Shown piece after piece: positions 58,133 through 64,000 of a DNA stretch of 64,000 nt. The translations under genes were made by a program, and so were the position numbers. The notes beneath the pieces were generated by a model. That model saw only the letters and a program-made list of their open reading frames with translations, did no database searches and had not been told where the DNA came from. The stretch is from a virus. How positions within the stretch are numbered: the stretch's first letter is position 1; each line of letters begins with the position of its first letter. The stretch covers positions 27,550-91,549 of IMG/VR virus record IMGVR_UViG_3300049489_000283. The stretch is one strand, 5' to 3'.

Positions 58133-60268
58133 ATGGCAAGTCAATCGCTCACCTACTCCGACTTTCAAGGCTTCACGACCTATGCGTTGCCGGGTGGAAC
58201 CTACAACCCGGACCATCTTGGTTTGGGTTCGCTGATGGTGCGGAAGACCGGCGGAAGCCCGACCGACAAGTGGATCGGGCCGAAGCCGGTTGCGTTGGCG
58301 AGACCCTTCGAGCAGTCCGCTTCGATTCCGGGAAACTCGATTCACGTCATCCCCTGGTCTGACACCATCGACTGGGTGTTCTACGGTGATGCTGCTTCCG
58401 CTGCCGGGGGCCGTCGTGTTGGGATGTATGAATTTAACAAGGCGACGGACACCTTCACTTGGAAGGGGTTTGTCAATTTTACTTACCCGCCGAGCACGAA
58501 CCATACGCTTCGTGGGATGCGGATGCTCTACAGCCTTCACACAACGGGCACCATCGCGGCAAGCGGTACGACGATCACAGGTACGAGCACTACTTGGTCT
58601 GCTGACGAGGTCAACGTCGGAAGCCGAATTGGTTTCGGCTCGACCGACCCGACTCAGATCAGCACTTGGTACGAGATCACAGCAGTCGGCAGTAATACTT
58701 CCATCACGGTCAACGTGACGCCCGGCACGATCTCAGCGGGCGCCGCTTATGTGATTGAAGACCTGAGTTGCATCACCGCGACCACGAACGCCACAGCGAC
58801 CAACGGTGGGCTATTCATCACCAAAGGTCTACGGCCTGAGATCTTCATTGCGGCTGGCACAACCATCAGCGCGGCGACCACCGCCGACAATGCCCGGCTT
58901 GTCTACTGGCTCGCTGACGCAGGCACTGTCACCAACACGGTCGCGTGCGGGATCATCCTTGAGCCAGAGGTCAACAAGACCACTCAGTACGCATGGGTGA
59001 TTGACGGTACTGCGAACGTGAAGCTGTTTAAGTACAACGTGAGGGTCGCGCTCGCTGGATTAGCTTCAGGTAAGTCCACGAGTGCATTTGTGCATGGGTC
59101 GGCTACTCAGGCTGTGACGGGCACCAACTCACAGTTAAACAACGGGCGATACGCGGTCGCGAGTCATGGACCGGGGTCTGGTAAGGCGTGCGGATACTTC
59201 TGTACGACGACGAGAATCTACCGAACTCTGCCTCTGAGTCAGATCGGAAACAGTATGCCGTGGCAGGCCGATGTTGCCGTCGAAGTCCCGCCCGGTTCAT
59301 CTGCGTTTGGTGTTACCAACGCGATGAATAACATTGAGTATTCAAGCACGCTGGATATGTTCTTGGTGCTGACCACGCAGGCCACCGGTGCTCGTTCTTA
59401 CGTGACCAAGTACAATGCTGCGTCTCAACCGTTCGACCGGATTATCTTTTCTGACTTGAAGCAGATCGACGCGACCACTGCTTCGGCAAACACAACTCCT
59501 GCCCCGCAAAGCAACAGCACTGCCGCTGTTGCTTGGGTTGAGGGCGGCATTTGTTACTACCTAAAATCTGTTGCCACCAACGTCGGTACTCTCGTAGCGT
59601 TCCCTCTTGGGGCCGACTGGGAGTACGCATCCGCGACGAGTCAGCGGATCATCCTGCCAAAGTTCGATACACCGAACGCTGACACTTTGCAGCGGGCTTA
59701 CGTTGCGTCCGCGCAAGTGGTCGGAGGGGCGACGGGCCAGAATCTTGGCCTTCAAACAGAGCCGTATCGGTTGCTGGCTCGCACGGGTGGAATTGATGAC
59801 AACTCCGGCGAATGGTCGGTTGTTCCGGATACGGGAGATCTCTCGGCGTTTGCAGCGGGTGCCGCGATCCAGTTCGCTTTGGAGTTCCGCACTATCGGAG
59901 TGGTGAACATACCGGCCCGCGTTTACTCCGTCACTCTGATTTATGACGACGTAAAGACCGACTCGCACTATCAACCGAGCGTCGGCAAAAGTTCGACGGC
60001 CAGCAAGTATTTCGCATGGAGGCACGCGACCGCGTTCGGCGGCACTGTTCCTACGCTGCGGATCAGGCTCTATGACGCCGTGACTGGTGGTTTGTTGCTT
60101 GATGACGACTCGGCAACGCCGATCGGAACGTGGCAGCGGTCTACTGATGGAACGTCGTGGGGTTCGTTTGTGACAACCGATAAGGGCAACGAGACCACCT
60201 ACATTCGCTACACGCCAGCATCGCTCGCTGACAATATCAAAGTTCGCGCTGTTCTCACTCTCCTGTAG
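58133..60268 (+). CDS. Virion structural / fibre-like protein, paralog 1
   Basis: 711 aa, Thr/Ala/Gly-rich beta composition. Confidence 0.65.
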   Translation: MASQSLTYSDFQGFTTYALPGGTYNPDHLGLGSLMVRKTGGSPTDKWIGPKPVALARPFEQSASIPGNSIHVIPWSDTIDWVFYGDAASAAGGRRVGMYEFNKATDTFTWKGFVNFTYPPSTNHTLRGMRMLYSLHTTGTIAASGTTITGTSTTWSADEVNVGSRIGFGSTDPTQISTWYEITAVGSNTSITVNVTPGTISAGAAYVIEDLSCITATTNATATNGGLFITKGLRPEIFIAAGTTISAATTADNARLVYWLADAGTVTNTVACGIILEPEVNKTTQYAWVIDGTANVKLFKYNVRVALAGLASGKSTSAFVHGSATQAVTGTNSQLNNGRYAVASHGPGSGKACGYFCTTTRIYRTLPLSQIGNSMPWQADVAVEVPPGSSAFGVTNAMNNIEYSSTLDMFLVLTTQATGARSYVTKYNAASQPFDRIIFSDLKQIDATTASANTTPAPQSNSTAAVAWVEGGICYYLKSVATNVGTLVAFPLGADWEYASATSQRIILPKFDTPNADTLQRAYVASAQVVGGATGQNLGLQTEPYRLLARTGGIDDNSGEWSVVPDTGDLSAFAAGAAIQFALEFRTIGVVNIPARVYSVTLIYDDVKTDSHYQPSVGKSSTASKYFAWRHATAFGGTVPTLRIRLYDAVTGGLLLDDDSATPIGTWQRSTDGTSWGSFVTTDKGNETTYIRYTPASLADNIKVRAVLTLL

Positions 60269-60273
60269 GCCCG

Positions 60274-62415
60274 ATGGCAAACAAGACCACCATCATCAGC
60301 GACTTCGATTCGCTAACGACCTACACGCTGCCGGGTGGAACCTACAACCAGGACCATCTTGGGCTAGGGACATTGATGCGCCGGATGACCGGCTCAAAAC
60401 CTCAAGACAAGTGGGTTGGGCCGATACCGGTTTCTCATGTGCATACACTCAACGGGCATGGGGGAACCTACACGGGCGTCCTTTCCGCAATCCGTTGGTC
60501 GAACGACATCGACTGGGTGTTTGGTGGGGATGTAGCCAGCGCTTCAGGAACCCGGCGTGTCGCGATGTACACGTACGACCGAAGGACTGGCGAATTCAGT
60601 ACGGTTGGCTTCATCATCACGACGCCGCCGGGCGGTGGAAACTGCATGGCGAGAGACATCGCCGCCACTTACGATCTGCATACGGCTGGGACCGTCGCGG
60701 TGAGCGGTACAACCGTCACCGGGACAAGCACTACTTGGTCTACCGACGGAGTGTGTGTCGGCAACAGAATCGGGTTTGGGTCAACTGATCCAACCCAGAT
60801 CACGGCGTGGTACGAGATCACTGCGGTCGGCAGTAACACGTCGATCACGGTTGCGACAACTCCAGGCACGATCTCAGCGGGCACCGCTTACGTGATTGAA
60901 GATCTGCGGATTGTCAATCTGATCACTTGCAGCATTACCGCGAACGGTGGGCTGCTTGTCACGAAAGGTCTGAGCTATCAAACCTTCGCGAACCAGACGA
61001 CAGTTGCGGCAGCAACCACAACGGACAACATCCGGGCAACCTACTGGCTCGCCGACAACGCATCAAACACGAACACCGCAGGGTGCGGGTTGATACTGGA
61101 GCCGGTCACGAATAAAACAACGCACACCTGCTGGGCGATGGACTCGACGGGCGGTGCGCAGATGTTCAAGTATAATCTGCGGGCGGCTCTCTCTGGTCTG
61201 GCGTCTGGAAAGTCCACAAGCGCGTTTGTGCTCAAAACGAATTCGCAGGCCGTGACCGGGACGCTTCTCGCTTACGGGAACGGCGTATATGCGGTGCCAA
61301 ATCACGGCACTAACCCTGGCTCACCTGCGGGAGTGTTCGTGACTTCGACGCGGGTCTATTGCTCAAAGCCGCTGTCAACCATCACGGCTTCGGATACGAC
61401 CTGGGATGATGCTGACTTCTTGGATGAAGTGCCGCCCGGCGGCACAGCGACTTTTCAAACACTGCTCAGTAACCAGACCGTTGAATATCTGGGCCTGATT
61501 GACCGGTTCTTGGTGTCAGTTGGTAATTCTCAGCGACTCTATCTAGCAAGGTTCGGTCAGGCTGAGTTTGACAGGGTCATGCACTCAAACTACAGACGGG
61601 GCAACTTTCTTTCGGGAGGCGCTTTCCCTGATAATGACTCCCCTGCCGTTTTCTCGACGTACCCTTATAGCCCCTACCTTGGTATCAACCTTGCTGGCAT
61701 CACCTACATGGTCGATAGCGCCGGGCAGTCTGGGATCTTTGCATACCCACTGGAGGCAGACTGGGAGTACGCCAGCACATCGAATCAGCGAGTAATTTTC
61801 CCGAAGATCAGCACGTCGAACGTCAATAAGTATGGGCGAGTTGACGTGTCTTACATCGCGGTCATCGGTGGTCGCAACAAACAAAACCTCGGCGAGAAGC
61901 CTGGGCCGCACAGAATCCTGTATCGCACCAGCGGGATCTCTGACAACTCAGGCGGCTGGACGGTGCTGTCTGACACGGGCGACCTGTCAGCAGTCACGCC
62001 AGCGGCTTCGATCCAGTTCGCTGTTGAGTTCCGGACGATGGGCGAGACTGGACTGCTAGGGCGAGTTTATTCGCTGGCCTTCAGCTACGACGACATCAGC
62101 ACAGACGTCCACTTCAGCTTGAGCACGAAACTCAGTTCTATCGCTAACGAGCAGTTTGCCTGGAGTCACGATGTGCCGTTTGGCAAGTCTGTCCCGGCCC
62201 TACGGGTGAGGCTGTACAACGCTGAATCAGGCTCGCTCCTAGTGGATGACAACACAGCGGCACCTACAGGTACTTGGGAGCGTTCAATCAACGGCGGAAG
62301 CTCGTGGAGTGCCTGGACGAACACTGATAAGAGCAACGGCCAGACTTACGTCCGCTACACCCCAGCGTCACTGACGAATGACATCCCTGTCCGCGCGATC
62401 CTCACCCTGAACTAA
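60274..62415 (+). CDS. Virion structural / fibre-like protein, paralog 2
   Basis: 713 aa, colinear with paralog 1 (e.g. RIGFGSTDPTQI..WYEITAVGSNTSITV, ADWEYAS, Y(I/V)RYTPASL). Confidence 0.65.
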   Translation: MANKTTIISDFDSLTTYTLPGGTYNQDHLGLGTLMRRMTGSKPQDKWVGPIPVSHVHTLNGHGGTYTGVLSAIRWSNDIDWVFGGDVASASGTRRVAMYTYDRRTGEFSTVGFIITTPPGGGNCMARDIAATYDLHTAGTVAVSGTTVTGTSTTWSTDGVCVGNRIGFGSTDPTQITAWYEITAVGSNTSITVATTPGTISAGTAYVIEDLRIVNLITCSITANGGLLVTKGLSYQTFANQTTVAAATTTDNIRATYWLADNASNTNTAGCGLILEPVTNKTTHTCWAMDSTGGAQMFKYNLRAALSGLASGKSTSAFVLKTNSQAVTGTLLAYGNGVYAVPNHGTNPGSPAGVFVTSTRVYCSKPLSTITASDTTWDDADFLDEVPPGGTATFQTLLSNQTVEYLGLIDRFLVSVGNSQRLYLARFGQAEFDRVMHSNYRRGNFLSGGAFPDNDSPAVFSTYPYSPYLGINLAGITYMVDSAGQSGIFAYPLEADWEYASTSNQRVIFPKISTSNVNKYGRVDVSYIAVIGGRNKQNLGEKPGPHRILYRTSGISDNSGGWTVLSDTGDLSAVTPAASIQFAVEFRTMGETGLLGRVYSLAFSYDDISTDVHFSLSTKLSSIANEQFAWSHDVPFGKSVPALRVRLYNAESGSLLVDDNTAAPTGTWERSINGGSSWSAWTNTDKSNGQTYVRYTPASLTNDIPVRAILTLN

Positions 62416-62418
62416 CCG

Positions 62419-62595
62419 ATGGCAATCAGCGACATCCTTGGCGACGTTGGCGACTTGAGCGGGTTCTCACTGGAGACACCGGTGGAGACGCTCACGACGC
62501 TGCCGGACATCCTGACCGACACAGATTCGGCTGGCGGCGCAAATGTGTCTGAACTCCCATCCGGCGGCGGCTCTGTAATCGTGATCGAGGATTGA
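62419..62595 (+). CDS. Small acidic protein (58 aa), not in the ORF track
   Basis: MAISDILGDVGDLSGFSLE...GGGSVIVIED fills the gap between neighbours. Confidence 0.6.
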   Translation: MAISDILGDVGDLSGFSLETPVETLTTLPDILTDTDSAGGANVSELPSGGGSVIVIED

Positions 62596-62596
62596 A

Positions 62597-63217
62597 ATGG
62601 AACTGGTTAAAAAAGACACCACCAGCAAGATCATCAATGTGTTCCTGCGTGACTCAGTCACCGGTCAGGGAAAGACTGGTGTCCCGCACAGTGCGATGAG
62701 TGGCGGGTACACCGATGGCAACTCGGCCACAGTAGGCCTGTCATTCAGCGCGGGAGCGATTGGTGACGCCTACTCGCCCGGTAAGTGGGCCGAGCAAAGC
62801 AACGGGAACTACAAGTATCATTCGCCAAACGGTAAGTTTGATCAGTACGGGCCGGTGCGGGCTTGGTTCTCAGCGCCTGGCGCGATCGACGCGAAGGTTG
62901 ACTTTCAGGTGGTGGCGTTTGACCCCAGCGATCCGGCTTGGCTGCAACTCTTGGCGGGAGCCAATGAAATCTACGCGGGTGCAGTCGAAGCCTCAACCAC
63001 GAGTTCAACTACAACTGCGTTCTCGACCACGCTGACCGTCGATGAAACCTGGGAAGGCCGCACGTTGATCTTCACCAGCGGGCAGAATAAACGTCTGCCG
63101 GTGAAAATCACAGCAGCAAGCCTCGTATCGTCGGAGCTACGTTTCACTGTCGAGACGCACAGCGGCGGCGCGATGCCGAACGCACCGGCGGATGCCGACA
63201 CATTCATCATCGTCTAA
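62597..63217 (+). CDS. Virion-associated hypothetical protein
   Basis: 'VFLRDSVTGQGKTG', 'GRTLIFTSG', 'APADADTFII'. Confidence 0.65.
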   Translation: MELVKKDTTSKIINVFLRDSVTGQGKTGVPHSAMSGGYTDGNSATVGLSFSAGAIGDAYSPGKWAEQSNGNYKYHSPNGKFDQYGPVRAWFSAPGAIDAKVDFQVVAFDPSDPAWLQLLAGANEIYAGAVEASTTSSTTTAFSTTLTVDETWEGRTLIFTSGQNKRLPVKITAASLVSSELRFTVETHSGGAMPNAPADADTFIIV

Positions 63218-63233
63218 GCCGAAGGCGTAACCC

Positions 63234-64000
63234 GTGTCGTTATTCACAAGGCTTGGGCTAACCTCGACTCCGACCGGTGCATCTTTTGCGATTGCTGCCG
63301 GGTCGGTAGCTGCCAGCTCTGGGTCTTCTGCGGCGACTGCTGTCGGTGTGGCTTCGGTTGCGTCCGCAATAAGTTCCGGGGGTGTTGCTGGATCTGCTGT
63401 ACAAGGCGCCGCTGCGGCGATGTCAGCTTTTGCGGGCAGCGGATCTGGTGGCTCTTCGGTAGTCGCTGCTGCTGTTGCCGCTGCTGCTACCTCATCGGCT
63501 GGTTTGGCGACACCGACTGCCTTTGCCATTGGAGTGGCGATTTCTGTCGCAAGCTCAGCCGGATCTGCTTCAGCTAGTGCCGTTTCTTCCACCGGGAACG
63601 ATTCGACATTCGCCTCCACTGGTCAAGCGACGGCTTCTGGTTCTGCGATCGCGGTTGTATCGGCGGCGATGTCGTCCTCTGGGTCGGCGACCGCGAGCGC
63701 TGTCTCTATCGCTGCGAAAGCAGTGACGGCCTCGTCGTCTGGGTCGGCGGCTGCCTCTGGCGTGTCGCTTGCCCAGAAGTCCTCCACGGCTATTTCGGCT
63801 GGATCGGCGACATCGACTGTTTATGTCGTTCGCGCGATCTTGGTCGCGGCCAGCTCGTCTGGATCTGCAACTGCGAGCGGCGTGGCGTCTGCCGGTGGTG
63901 ATGCCTCTTTCTCTGTCGCCGGGCAAAGCTCTGTAGCTGGCGCTGCCACTTCTGTGGCTTTGTCTTCAGCCGCTGGCTCCGGCGTTGGCGCTGCGTCGGC
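63234..64000 (+). CDS. Ala/Ser/Gly-rich repetitive fibre-like protein, 3'-truncated
   Basis: GTG start, MSLFTRLGL...; repeated 'SSGSAxAxxV' units; appears open to the window end. Confidence 0.6.
   Translation, partial: MSLFTRLGLTSTPTGASFAIAAGSVAASSGSSAATAVGVASVASAISSGGVAGSAVQGAAAAMSAFAGSGSGGSSVVAAAVAAAATSSAGLATPTAFAIGVAISVASSAGSASASAVSSTGNDSTFASTGQATASGSAIAVVSAAMSSSGSATASAVSIAAKAVTASSSGSAAASGVSLAQKSSTAISAGSATSTVYVVRAILVAASSSGSATASGVASAGGDASFSVAGQSSVAGAATSVALSSAAGSGVGAAS

Noticed and set aside
58133-62415. Diversity-generating retroelement template/variable repeat pair
   Set aside because: No reverse transcriptase in the window; differences are not adenine-specific and span whole genes.

Overview
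The whole window reads as one segment of a large temperate tailed phage, probably a siphovirus, in its unintegrated (attP) configuration. The host is most likely a planctomycete, inferred from an SHD1 protein, CxNGxC secreted peptides and the integrase N-terminus. Layout: (1) 1-4.9 kb, a 5'-truncated polyvalent protein with three ADP-ribosyltransferase-like domains, a GNAT domain and four copies of a CGANxPGGGGFQxGNxCA linker, followed by a tiny acidic ORF. (2) 5.5-25.7 kb, tail module: tube, completion protein, -1 frameshifted G/GT chaperones, tape measure, hub, Cys-rich tip and LamG fibre. (3) 27.2-37 kb, a cassette-like array of small accessory genes, most groups headed by the bipartite motif GCGCCC-N18-GCC (12 copies found across the window). 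(4) 38-42 kb: exonuclease, LuxR-type regulator, tyrosine integrase, a full tRNA-Val(CAC), a separate 12-bp copy of its anticodon loop flanked by palindromic sites, and excisionase. (5) 42.5-52 kb, replication and recombination genes (ParB-like/initiator, DnaB, RecE/RecT, beta-clamp-like, MTase, RecU-like, phosphoesterase). (6) 52-57.5 kb, an SPFH/membrane/papain-protease cluster followed by a receiver - PAS - helical protein trio, in which two adjacent genes share an amyloid-signalling-like motif NISGGQNVxGxNxG. (7) 57.5-64 kb, a second cluster of virion/fibre-like genes including a tandem paralog pair. All calls come from reading the sequence by eye; no database searches were run.
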